Assembly: GCA_963748405.1 (NCBI GenBank)
Contig: CAVVIT010000007.1
Span: 402,703-466,702, forward strand
Length of the DNA: 64,000 bases
Direction: 5' to 3'
DNA from: Ignavibacteriota bacterium
GTDB lineage: Bacteria > Bacteroidota > Ignavibacteria > UBA10030 > UBA6906
Shown: positions 18,146-27,500 of the stretch, piece by piece
Layout of the letters: each line of letters starts with the position of its first letter
Numbering within the stretch: position 1 is the first letter of the stretch
Translations under genes and position numbers: made by a program
Notes under the pieces: generated by a model
What the model was told of the DNA's origin: nothing
What the model saw: only the letters and a program-made list of their open reading frames with translations
Databases searched by the model: none

Positions 18146-20590
18146 TCACTTGAAATACGGATCCAGGAGCGATCGCTCGGCCGCCGTCCAGGCGCGGGAA
18201 CGGTACCATGCTTTCATGTTTTCCGCGACCGATGTCTGTTCCAGGAAATACGCGGCCACCGCGTCCGCCGGTGCCCGGAGCCTCCCGTTCGGATTGGCCA
18301 TCGCGCTCGAGAGAGGCCCGAACAGCCTCCCGTCGCACACCCCGAGCCTCTTCAGCGCTTCGAGCGCGTTCACGCGCGTCATGAATTCGTAGGACACCCC
18401 CGCATACTCGAGAAGCCGGCCGACGGATGATGAGTCGCCCCCGCGGGCGCTGATCTCGTTCCAGAGCACGCTCACGCGGTTCCCGGTGCCGTGGACGTCC
18501 TTTGTGAGCGCCAGGTAGCGCGCGCGCTCTTCCGGGAATCGCCCCGCCAGGAGCTCAAGCGCGGCGGCGGTATTGGCGTAGGAAGAATCGGTGAGCATCC
18601 CTTCGGCAGCCGTCCTGAGGGAGGGAAGCAGGGGGCCCGCGGCCGCCTGGAGCGCAGCACGCCGGACCGCCGCGGAGGTGTCCCCGAGGCCCCGCCTGAT
18701 GATCTCGACGCTCCGGGGATCGGCGTCTCCGGCGAGCTGCGAGAGTATTTCCTCCCGGATCGCGTGGAACGATTCCCTCTCGTACACGCGCGCCAGTATC
18801 TCCCGTGTCGAAGCGATGTCCGCCTTCCGCATCTCCCGCACGGCGTCATACCTGTCGATCATCTCCGGCGCCCCGAGCGCCTGCGCGCGGAGCATTGCGG
18901 GGGTCTTCACGAAATCGACCGACTTGAGTATCCAGCCCCCGGGGTCAAACAGCACGAACGCGACCGCTCGGGAGCCCGGATTCGGCACCGTCACCGTCGT
19001 CGACTGTTCGGCGATGACCTGCGTCGTGCTGTCGTACGTCCCGTCGGCGTAATGGACCTCGAACGTGACGGGCATGCGGAAGAGCCCCGCGAGGTCGTCC
19101 TGAGGCTGCGTCTGGCGGACCGTGAACTGCGACTGCCGTCCGGGGAGTCCGCGCGCGGCGACGTCCGCAAACGTCACGCTGTAGGCGGGCTCTCCCCCCC
19201 TGTAGATCCACTCGTCGAAGAACCACCCGGGGCTGAGCCCCAGCGCGTCCTGGAATGCCTGGTAGAGGTCGTTGGTCTCGACGTTCCCGTAGGCGTGCGC
19301 CAGGAGATAATGCCGTATGACCCGGCGGAATTCCGCCCGGCCGAACGTCCGCATCATCATGTCGAGAACGGCCGATCCCTTCTGGTAGACGCGCGCGCTC
19401 CCCGCGGCGCCGTGGACGATGGGGAGCCTGTTCTGCCTCGAAGCCTCGAGCGCCGCCGTCTGTTCCTCCCTCCGCGCCCACTGGTACCACGCGTCCCCGT
19501 ACACCGATTTCTGGAAGAGCTTTGCGTAGAACGTCGCGAAGCTCTCCTGCAGCCACGTTCCCGGACCGCTCCTGGCGGTGATGAAATCGCCGAACCACTG
19601 GTGGGCGCACTCGTGTGCGCCCACGGCCACGTAGTTCCTGTCGAGAAACGAGCGCGTGTCCACGAGGAGGAAGTCGCCGAACACGGTCGCCGTGGTGTTC
19701 TCCATCCCGCCGTAGAGGAAATCCTGGACGGGGACCACGGAATAGGATTCCCAGGGGTAGGGGACGCCGGTCTCCGAGGCGAGGAAATCGACGATTGCGG
19801 CGGCGTACTCGTACGTCGGTGCGACCCTCCCGGGCTCCTCGGGATAATACCAGAGATTGACAGGGACGCCGGAGGCCGTGCGTATCGTCTTCACGCCGTA
19901 CTTCCCTATGGCGAGCATGACGAGATAGGAGGAGTGCGGGTGCGTCATCCTGTAGTGCCAGGTCCGGGTCCCGTCCCCGTTGTCGCGGACGTCCACCCGC
20001 GTTCCGTTCGACAGGATGCTGTAGGCGCTGTCAAACGTGACGATCGTCTCTGTCGTCATCTTGTCGTTCGGCAGGTCGTAGCACGGGATCCAGTGCCTGT
20101 TGTCGATCCCCTGTCCCTGCGTCCAGATCTGTTTCCTGCTCATCCCCCGCGGGTCATCCCAGCCGACGAAATAGATTCCCCGGTCCGGCGTCGCCTCGTA
20201 CGAGAACGTGATGCTGTCCTCCCCCTCCCACGCGAGCGGCGGATCCGGGTACACCGTCACACCGTCGGGGGATGTCCGGAAGGGGAGAGGCTTCCCGTTC
20301 AGCGTGCTTGCCAGTATGCTGATCCCCGGCCCGTTGAAGAATATCGAATCGACCCGGCTCCGGAGCGGCGTAAAGACGTGCGTGACCTTTCCCTTCACGA
20401 GCCCGCGTGCGGCGTCGAACCTCACCTCCACCCGCATGTGCTTCATGTCGAGCGGGTGTTCCCCCGGCTCCGACCCCGGCTGGACGTACACGCGCGCCGT
20501 CGGGTATGCCGTCTCCTGGGCTTCTGTCTGCCCGGGCTGAATCGTCAGCGTGGATATTGCTATCGCCGATCGTACAATCAGAATCCTCAA
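18146..20590 (-). CDS. M1-family zinc aminopeptidase with C-terminal HEAT-like repeats
   Basis: 814 aa. The GGMEN exopeptidase motif and HECAHQWFG..(E) zinc motif are present. TTG start. Confidence 0.85.
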   Translation of the reverse strand: MRILIVRSAIAISTLTIQPGQTEAQETAYPTARVYVQPGSEPGEHPLDMKHMRVEVRFDAARGLVKGKVTHVFTPLRSRVDSIFFNGPGISILASTLNGKPLPFRTSPDGVTVYPDPPLAWEGEDSITFSYEATPDRGIYFVGWDDPRGMSRKQIWTQGQGIDNRHWIPCYDLPNDKMTTETIVTFDSAYSILSNGTRVDVRDNGDGTRTWHYRMTHPHSSYLVMLAIGKYGVKTIRTASGVPVNLWYYPEEPGRVAPTYEYAAAIVDFLASETGVPYPWESYSVVPVQDFLYGGMENTTATVFGDFLLVDTRSFLDRNYVAVGAHECAHQWFGDFITARSGPGTWLQESFATFYAKLFQKSVYGDAWYQWARREEQTAALEASRQNRLPIVHGAAGSARVYQKGSAVLDMMMRTFGRAEFRRVIRHYLLAHAYGNVETNDLYQAFQDALGLSPGWFFDEWIYRGGEPAYSVTFADVAARGLPGRQSQFTVRQTQPQDDLAGLFRMPVTFEVHYADGTYDSTTQVIAEQSTTVTVPNPGSRAVAFVLFDPGGWILKSVDFVKTPAMLRAQALGAPEMIDRYDAVREMRKADIASTREILARVYERESFHAIREEILSQLAGDADPRSVEIIRRGLGDTSAAVRRAALQAAAGPLLPSLRTAAEGMLTDSSYANTAAALELLAGRFPEERARYLALTKDVHGTGNRVSVLWNEISARGGDSSSVGRLLEYAGVSYEFMTRVNALEALKRLGVCDGRLFGPLSSAMANPNGRLRAPADAVAAYFLEQTSVAENMKAWYRSRAWTAAERSLLDPYFK

Positions 20591-20623
20591 TCCTCAATCC
20601 TCCATCTTCAATCCAGATAATCG

Positions 20624-23440
20624 TCAATAATTGAGAATCTTCCCTTTATTTAGAGCGGGAAGTCCTTCCTTCATCCACGCAGGCGCCGGTTTGTCCATCA
20701 GGTAATGATCGAAGAACGAAAGCATCCTGATGGAAAGATCTTTCCTGTTCTTCCTCTGGACGAGGTTGTGCGCTTCCCCGTTGTAGACGAGCATCCAGAC
20801 CGGACGGCCGAGCCTCCTGAGGGCGTTGTAGAATTCGATTCCCTGGTACCACGGCACGGCCCCGTCGGCGTCGTTATTCATCATGAGAAGGGGAGTCCTG
20901 ACGCTGTCGGCGCGGAACAGGGGGGAGTTCTCGATGTAGAGGTCCGGCCGCTGCCAGAGCGTCGCCCCGATCCGGCTCTGCTCCTTCTCGTACTGGAACA
21001 TCCGCGCCAGGCCGGATTCCCACCGGATCCCGCCGTACGCGCTCGTCATGTTGGAGACCGCGGCGCCGGCCATCGCCGCCCGGAACATGTTCGTTCTCGT
21101 CACCAGGAACGCGGTCTGGTATCCTCCCCAGCTCTGGCCCTGCAGGGCCATCCTGCCGGCGTCCACGAATCCCCTCGCGACGAGCGATTTCACCCCCGGG
21201 ATGATGCAGTCGTACGCGCTCTTCCCCGGGTATCCCACCCTGTAACGGATGTCGGGGACGAATATCAGGTATCCCCTGCTGACGTAGAGCGCGATGTTGA
21301 CCGTCGAGGCGCTGGGGGCGGGAGCGATGTACCTGTGGAGGAGGTCCGAGTTTCTCTCGTAGTAGTACACGATGAGAGGATACTTCTTCGCCGGATCGAA
21401 CCCCTCGGGTTTGTACAGGAGTCCGTCGATCGGTTTTCCGTCCCCGGCCTTCCAGCTGACGAGCCCGACCGTCCCCCAGAGGTACTGTTTCTGCTGCGGG
21501 TTGCTGTCGCTGATCCTCACGGGGGAGGTGAACGCGGTGTCCGTCACGTACAGATCTGTCGGCTCGCTGAACGATTCCCGTTCGAATATCATCCGGCCGG
21601 CGTGGAGGGCTCTGGCCGCCATGGCGTACACGTGCGGCGTCATCACCAGGGGAACGGGGGGGGCCTCCTTTCCCGCCGCCGCGCGGGTAAACCCGGCGGA
21701 TTTGTCTCTCTCCGAGAATGCACGGAGGAGCATCATCTGCCCCGGAGTGAGGAAGCGTTCCTCCGGGTCGAGGCGAACGTAGTGGTAACGGACCTGTGAG
21801 GCTCTCCCGCTTCCCGCCGTCAGGCACCGTGCGGGTGTCCTGCCGGAGGGATCCGCACCCCATATGTCGAACCTGTCGTAGACGAGAAACAGGCTGTCGC
21901 GGCCGATCCATCCCGGCGACCCGTACGGAGGCGGATAGGCGGGGACGTCGCTCAGTTCGTCGTAGAGCGGGTGGCGTACCCCCGCGGTCATGTTGACGGG
22001 CTTTCCCCCTCCGGAGAGCGGGAGCGCGAAGTAGTTCTTCTGCTTCCCGTCGAACCACGTGACGAACCGTCCGCCGGGGGAGAGGCTCACGCCTCCCCTC
22101 ACATGCGTGAGGAGCTTCGTGCGGGCGCCCGTGGTCATGTCGACAGCATAGACGTCGTAGGAGGGGACCCCCTCCCATGTTTCCTCGCGGCTGTACGGGA
22201 GGCTGGTCATCCCGAGCGCGAGCGGGGCATTCCCCTCGTCCCCCGTTACGGCCGAGGGGAGAGCCGTGTCGGCAATCTGTATGAACCGGCCCGGTCCGAT
22301 GTTGAACACCGCGGCGTACGAGCGTTTCTTTTCCTCGTCCAGGTTCTTGAGCTGCTGTGACTGTATATGGCCGTCCGTCCAGCTCCACACGTCCAGTTTC
22401 GCCGTCTCCTCCTCGATGAGCGTCGTGTCGTCGGGGAGGGGGACAGGTGCCGTTCCGAAGAAGAGCCGCGTGCCGTCTTTCGAAAACGAAACGGATCCGT
22501 TCTCGCTGACAAGCCAGTGGGCGTACATCCCGTGTGTGAGCGTATCCACGACGGGCCGGGCGCTGTCGGAGCCGGCCTTCCAGTAGTACAGCGCGTAGAA
22601 CCGCTGTTTGGATTTCGACGTGTCCCTGTCCGCGACGAACGCCGCCTGCGTTCCCGCGTCGTCCCAGGCCGGCTGCCTGTACGAGCCGTGCCCGAGTGCG
22701 ATCGTGTCCGTCTTCCCCGTCGCCGTCGAGAAGACGAACACCCCCGCGCTCGCGGTGCTGTCGTTCCCGGTGGTCGTGACGATGAGCCGCCTGCCGTCCC
22801 GGCTCAGCGCGTAGTCCCGGGCGAAGGGAAACGCATGTTCCCTGCCGCTCGAGAGCTCCCTCATCACGACCGTCGTCCCTTTTTCGTCCTTCTTCTCATC
22901 CGATTTGTCGTCGTCGGCGTCCCCCCCGTGCGGACGGCTCTTTTTCGACGTGTCCGGTGCGGCTTTCTCGAGCTGGTAGGCGACCCAGCCTGATCCCTTC
23001 TCGGGAAGTTTGAATGATTTCACGCGGGGGATTCTCTGGACCTCGTGCGTCGCCAGATGGAGTATGCCGAGCGAATCTTTCGGCGCGTCGTCCCCCTTCT
23101 TCTTCTCGTCCCGCGCCTTCTTGATCGCCGAAAAGAAGGGCCTGACAATGAACACCGCGTAGTCGGAGCTTTCGGTGAACTTTCCTCCGGTGCCCCGTGC
23201 GATCGTGTCGGTCGTTCCCCCTGCGGCCGTGTAGACGACGAGCCGCGAATCCCCTTCCTGGGGCTCGAGCGTGTACATCACCCGGGTGCCGTCATTGGCG
23301 ACCGATTCGCCGGTCAGGCGGATCCACGAATCGTAGACCTCGTGGCCGAGCGGTTTCTTTGACGTCTCACCCCCCCGGAGGGGGAGAGCGACGACAAGGA
23401 GGACGAACACCGGCCCGCACGCGCGCGTGAATATTCCCAT
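20624..23440 (-). CDS. Secreted S9-family serine peptidase (prolyl oligopeptidase or dipeptidyl peptidase-like; beta-propeller + alpha/beta hydrolase)
   Basis: 938 aa with a signal peptide. The GQSWGGYQT nucleophile elbow sits in the C-terminal domain. Confidence 0.8.
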   Translation of the reverse strand: MGIFTRACGPVFVLLVVALPLRGGETSKKPLGHEVYDSWIRLTGESVANDGTRVMYTLEPQEGDSRLVVYTAAGGTTDTIARGTGGKFTESSDYAVFIVRPFFSAIKKARDEKKKGDDAPKDSLGILHLATHEVQRIPRVKSFKLPEKGSGWVAYQLEKAAPDTSKKSRPHGGDADDDKSDEKKDEKGTTVVMRELSSGREHAFPFARDYALSRDGRRLIVTTTGNDSTASAGVFVFSTATGKTDTIALGHGSYRQPAWDDAGTQAAFVADRDTSKSKQRFYALYYWKAGSDSARPVVDTLTHGMYAHWLVSENGSVSFSKDGTRLFFGTAPVPLPDDTTLIEEETAKLDVWSWTDGHIQSQQLKNLDEEKKRSYAAVFNIGPGRFIQIADTALPSAVTGDEGNAPLALGMTSLPYSREETWEGVPSYDVYAVDMTTGARTKLLTHVRGGVSLSPGGRFVTWFDGKQKNYFALPLSGGGKPVNMTAGVRHPLYDELSDVPAYPPPYGSPGWIGRDSLFLVYDRFDIWGADPSGRTPARCLTAGSGRASQVRYHYVRLDPEERFLTPGQMMLLRAFSERDKSAGFTRAAAGKEAPPVPLVMTPHVYAMAARALHAGRMIFERESFSEPTDLYVTDTAFTSPVRISDSNPQQKQYLWGTVGLVSWKAGDGKPIDGLLYKPEGFDPAKKYPLIVYYYERNSDLLHRYIAPAPSASTVNIALYVSRGYLIFVPDIRYRVGYPGKSAYDCIIPGVKSLVARGFVDAGRMALQGQSWGGYQTAFLVTRTNMFRAAMAGAAVSNMTSAYGGIRWESGLARMFQYEKEQSRIGATLWQRPDLYIENSPLFRADSVRTPLLMMNNDADGAVPWYQGIEFYNALRRLGRPVWMLVYNGEAHNLVQRKNRKDLSIRMLSFFDHYLMDKPAPAWMKEGLPALNKGKILNY

Positions 23441-23458
23441 GGTTCTTCCCGCCTCCGT

Positions 23459-26104
23459 TTATGTATACCGCAGTGTCACGTCCGTGATGCTTCCCGGGGG
23501 AAGCAGGTATCGGCGCAGGTTCTTCTCGTTCCCCGACGGCCACGGGGCCAGGGCGATGGATTCCCTGCTGTCGACGGTGAGCTCCCCCGTGCATCCGGGG
23601 GGCATCGCCAGCGTGAGCTTCCGGTCCCCCCGCTTTCCCTCCGACGTGAAATGCAGGTCTCCCCGGACCGTCGGCACGGTGAGCGCGAGGCGCTCCAGGT
23701 CGGCCGGCTGGGGGCGCACCATGCACCGCGCGAACCCCGGATCGATCGGCTGGATCCCCGCAAGGGCCATGTACAGGATGTACAGCGGGACGGGGCAGCT
23801 GTGGCTCATGACCGATCCCCCGTCCGGGTGTTCCACCCAGAATTCCTGGAGCGTGTTGTTGAACTTCACGGAATCCATCGCCGACCACCTGGTCCGGAAG
23901 TCGTTCAGTATCACGTCCGTGCGTCCCCCTTTGGCGAGCGCCCAGAGCCTCCAGCAGGCGTTCGCCGGGTACGAGAACCCCATCGTCGGCGGGGATTCCG
24001 CGAGCAGGGACAGGGCTTTCCCGGTCCGCCCTCCCGGGCAGAGGTCGTACAGTATGCCGAGCGCGAGCGACCGGTCGCATGTCCGCGATTCTCCCTCTTC
24101 CTTTGCCCACGGGCGGTTCGCGACGTAGACCCCTTCCGTTTCGTCCCAGAACGTCTCACGCGTCCTGGCCAGGAGAGCCCCGGCGAATGCGAGTGATTCC
24201 TTCTCCCATCCCGTTTCGCCGAACGTACGGCAGAGCGGGGCCAGCGCGTGCGTGAGCATCGCGGCGGCGTACAGGTTGAACGCGCACTGCTTGTGCTTCT
24301 GTTGCTTGTACGCCAGGTGGTCGATGTATACCGAGGGGACGCCGAGGTGTTCGACGGGAAGAAGGCCGTCGTCGCGCCTGAGAGACCGGATGTACGTGAA
24401 GAATTTGACGAGCCGCGGGAACGGCTCCCGGAGCGCCTCGCGGTCCCCCGTGTAGAGGTAATGGTGCATGCAGTCGAAGACGAACCCGATCCCGTGATCG
24501 AGGAGCGGGCCCCAGTAGGAGACCTGTATCTGGCGCTCCCAGAGCCGCGCGAGCCTGTCGTACGCCGGCCAGCAGTCGAGGAAAAACCCTTCGCTCGTGA
24601 TCCCCTGGCTGAACGTCTTCAGGAACCGGGCGGGCTGGGCCGTCTCGCCGAACGCGAGGTACACAGCGTGGAGCTGGTGGCTCCCGTCGCCGCTGTACTG
24701 CTGCCTCTCGCGCCCCATCCCGTCGACGGCGAGCTCGTGTATCGAGTTGTTGACCGTGTTGATCGATGCGCTGATAAGGGCGTTCACCGCGGCGTCGCTC
24801 GTCGACGCTTCGGGAACCCTCTTCCACGCGTACGTCCGGCGCCGGAGCCCGGGGTCCTTCACCGTGACGGTCCCGGGACCTCCCCGTATGTGCATCTGGA
24901 GCCACTTGACCGCCTCGTAGTCGAACGTCTCGAACGTGGCCGGCCCGCCGGCCGAGGTGAATCGCGCCCACGCGTTGTAGTGCGTGTTGAGGAGTATGGA
25001 CCGCGACGGGTCGTGGTGCTCCTGCACCATGAGCTCCACGATCGTCCCCGCGGGAGCGTCGATCGAGAACCTCGGCCAGCCGATCGATTCCTCGTCGAAC
25101 TCGAACGTCAGGACGGACCCCTCGCCCTCCCGGAGCGTTACCGTCCACTCGTGATCGGAGCGCGCTTCGGCGGGGGTGCCGGGCGCGACGCTGCAGGCGT
25201 CGGGTGTGAGTATTGCGAAATATTCTTCCGGGCGTACGCGCCAGGAGAGGAAGAAGGATGACGCGAGACGCCGCGCGGGGACGATGGACTCCCGCATGAG
25301 CGGGATGCTCCTGGGGCGGAGCCCGCACTGCGCGGGGTCGCCCCTCAGGTCGAGCGCATATTCGTGGTAACCGGCGGCGATCGGTGTCGAGGCCGGCGAC
25401 GAATCGGGAAGGATCATCGGCGCCGTCCAGCCCGCCCCGGGGGAGAATCCCGGCGACTCCCACCCCGCGGGGTGGAGCCGTGCGTCGAAATCCTCCTGCA
25501 GGGAGCGCACGTACCATCTCTTGTAGTGTCCGGCCTGCCAGGAACGCGCGTGGTGGGAGAGCCACGAGGCGTCGGAGACGATCTGTGTCTGCGCGCCGTC
25601 CGTCGTTTCAATGTCCAGCCGGAATATGAATCCCGGCTTCCCCGCCGGTGACGTCCCGTCGCCGTGCCCGAAATACAGCGCCGTCGCGGCGATGACGTTT
25701 TCCCCCTTGCCGAGCGCGGGGGCGATGTCCAGCGGATCGACCTCCAGCCAGCGCGGGTCCGACGGGGCGGGGCCCCACTGTATGCGCGCGCCGTTGACGC
25801 AGAGGAGATAGCGGCTGTCGGCGCAGATCCACCCCCTGGCGCTCCGCACGGGGGCGCCGAGCGTGAAAGTTTTGCGGAAGAGGACGAATGTGTTCGGGAG
25901 TGTCCTTCCGGAGGGGTACCAGATCCACCGGGCGGGGGAGAGGTCGAGTTCTTTGTCCGTCACTGTCGGGCCGGGGAGAAGGAGGGGGGTGCCCTGCGGG
26001 AGGGGGGCGCCCCTCGCCCCTCCGTTGGTCTCGACAAGTGCCGCGGGGACGCCGAGAGCCATCCAAGTAAAGAAATCCCGTCGCGTGAGTCCGCTCATCA
26101 CCAC
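23459..26104 (-). CDS. TAT-exported alpha-L-rhamnosidase-like glycoside hydrolase (GH78-like)
   Basis: 881 aa. The N-terminal twin-arginine motif is TRRDFFTWMALG. The domain pattern resembles bacterial rhamnosidase N-terminal, six-hairpin and C-terminal domains. Confidence 0.55.
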   Translation of the reverse strand: MVMSGLTRRDFFTWMALGVPAALVETNGGARGAPLPQGTPLLLPGPTVTDKELDLSPARWIWYPSGRTLPNTFVLFRKTFTLGAPVRSARGWICADSRYLLCVNGARIQWGPAPSDPRWLEVDPLDIAPALGKGENVIAATALYFGHGDGTSPAGKPGFIFRLDIETTDGAQTQIVSDASWLSHHARSWQAGHYKRWYVRSLQEDFDARLHPAGWESPGFSPGAGWTAPMILPDSSPASTPIAAGYHEYALDLRGDPAQCGLRPRSIPLMRESIVPARRLASSFFLSWRVRPEEYFAILTPDACSVAPGTPAEARSDHEWTVTLREGEGSVLTFEFDEESIGWPRFSIDAPAGTIVELMVQEHHDPSRSILLNTHYNAWARFTSAGGPATFETFDYEAVKWLQMHIRGGPGTVTVKDPGLRRRTYAWKRVPEASTSDAAVNALISASINTVNNSIHELAVDGMGRERQQYSGDGSHQLHAVYLAFGETAQPARFLKTFSQGITSEGFFLDCWPAYDRLARLWERQIQVSYWGPLLDHGIGFVFDCMHHYLYTGDREALREPFPRLVKFFTYIRSLRRDDGLLPVEHLGVPSVYIDHLAYKQQKHKQCAFNLYAAAMLTHALAPLCRTFGETGWEKESLAFAGALLARTRETFWDETEGVYVANRPWAKEEGESRTCDRSLALGILYDLCPGGRTGKALSLLAESPPTMGFSYPANACWRLWALAKGGRTDVILNDFRTRWSAMDSVKFNNTLQEFWVEHPDGGSVMSHSCPVPLYILYMALAGIQPIDPGFARCMVRPQPADLERLALTVPTVRGDLHFTSEGKRGDRKLTLAMPPGCTGELTVDSRESIALAPWPSGNEKNLRRYLLPPGSITDVTLRYT

Positions 26105-27438
26105 GCCTTCCAGATCGGGTGCGCCTCCGTGTTGAATATCACCCTCTTGAACGGGAGCACATCGGCGGGTGCGTACAGCAGATAGAGGTACTTCATCGTC
26201 TCGGCCAGGAAATACGGTTCCATCCTGTCCCGTTTCGCCTTCGTCACGACGTTGTCAAGCTCGGTATACCCTTCGTCCGTCCGGCAATACGCGTCGAGGC
26301 TGTCCAGGAACACCTTCCCGATATTCTGGTAGACGGGGTCGTTCGTGATCTCCCAGAGATAGTACGTCGATTCCATGATCTCCGGGTTGAGATAATAGCG
26401 GGGCTTTTCGGCTTTTTCCGTGACATAGTTGTACTGCTCCGGCTCGACCCCGTACTTGCACCACATTTTGAAGCACGACTGCAGGAGCTGGTCCGCTCTC
26501 TCGACGTCTCCGTAGAGCGCCATGCAGGCGGGGAAGTAAGCGTCGAGCGCGCCGAACCAGGTCTTCGTCCTTTTTCCCGTGTTCATGTCCGCGTGGCCGT
26601 ACCAGAAGCCCGCGGCGCTCGAGTCGAGGAGGTACTTGTTGATCGCTTCATAGTGGGTCCTCCACATCAGCTTGCAGTCCTCGTCGTCGAAGAGGATCGC
26701 GCATTTCAACAGGTATTCGTAGTAGGAGTCGATCCCCGCGCTCAGGTGGCTGTCCGTGCTCGTCCACTCGCCCGTCTTCACGTTGATGCCGTCCCCCACG
26801 AGACCGATCTCCGACCGGGCTCCGTAGATGGCGAGGAGGGCGAGCTTCGCGCTGTTGTAGTATTCCCCTTTTCCCGTCATGGCGGTGAGCGATCCGAACT
26901 CGACGAGGAGCGTTCCGGCGGCTCCCGGGTTGCTCATCTCTCCCCTGGCCGCGCCGGTCTTTAAATTGACTTCGAGATACGGCATCCCGGTCCCCGTGAC
27001 GAACGCGGGGAGCATCCTCTTGCCGAGGTCCTCGGCGAGATCCAGGAGCCTGTGGTCCCTCGACATGTGGTAGTTCGCCAGGAGGCTTCCCATGATGCGG
27101 ATGGTGAATTCGAACACGTTGACGTAGACGTCCCTGTCGAACGACAGGTGCGTGGCGATGAACTCCCTGGTGCTGTCGGCCTCATCCGTCAGCCCCATGA
27201 GCGTCATCGTATCGAGCGCTTCCACGGCGGTGAGATAGAAGGGGGTTCCGTACCAGTCGTAGGAGGTCTTGCTCACCGGCTTGAACCCGTCATGCCCCCA
27301 CGCGTAGGTCTTGTACCCGTTCCATGCGTGCAGGAAGTCCATTTTCACCCGTGCGGCCATGTCCTCCGGCGACATCTTCTGGGCGGAGCCGGTCGAGAGC
27401 GCGGTGCAGAGTGCGAAAGCAAGGAGCGTCAGACGCAT
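26098..27438 (-). CDS. GH47 class-I alpha-1,2-mannosidase
   Basis: Signal peptide MRLTLLAFALCTALSTGSAQ. GH47 signatures are present (FEFTIRIMGSLL, AETMKYLYLLY, EGYTELDNV). Confidence 0.75.
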   Translation of the reverse strand: MRLTLLAFALCTALSTGSAQKMSPEDMAARVKMDFLHAWNGYKTYAWGHDGFKPVSKTSYDWYGTPFYLTAVEALDTMTLMGLTDEADSTREFIATHLSFDRDVYVNVFEFTIRIMGSLLANYHMSRDHRLLDLAEDLGKRMLPAFVTGTGMPYLEVNLKTGAARGEMSNPGAAGTLLVEFGSLTAMTGKGEYYNSAKLALLAIYGARSEIGLVGDGINVKTGEWTSTDSHLSAGIDSYYEYLLKCAILFDDEDCKLMWRTHYEAINKYLLDSSAAGFWYGHADMNTGKRTKTWFGALDAYFPACMALYGDVERADQLLQSCFKMWCKYGVEPEQYNYVTEKAEKPRYYLNPEIMESTYYLWEITNDPVYQNIGKVFLDSLDAYCRTDEGYTELDNVVTKAKRDRMEPYFLAETMKYLYLLYAPADVLPFKRVIFNTEAHPIWKAW

Positions 27439-27500
27439 GGTGGTCCCTTTGGATTGTTCCTGAAACATACTGATTCTTCGCGAATTAGAAAACCCTTCGA

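Noticed and set aside
18491-20620. 709-aa plus-strand ORF
   Set aside because: It is antisense to the M1 aminopeptidase gene, which carries GGMEN and HEXXH. It is a frame artefact.
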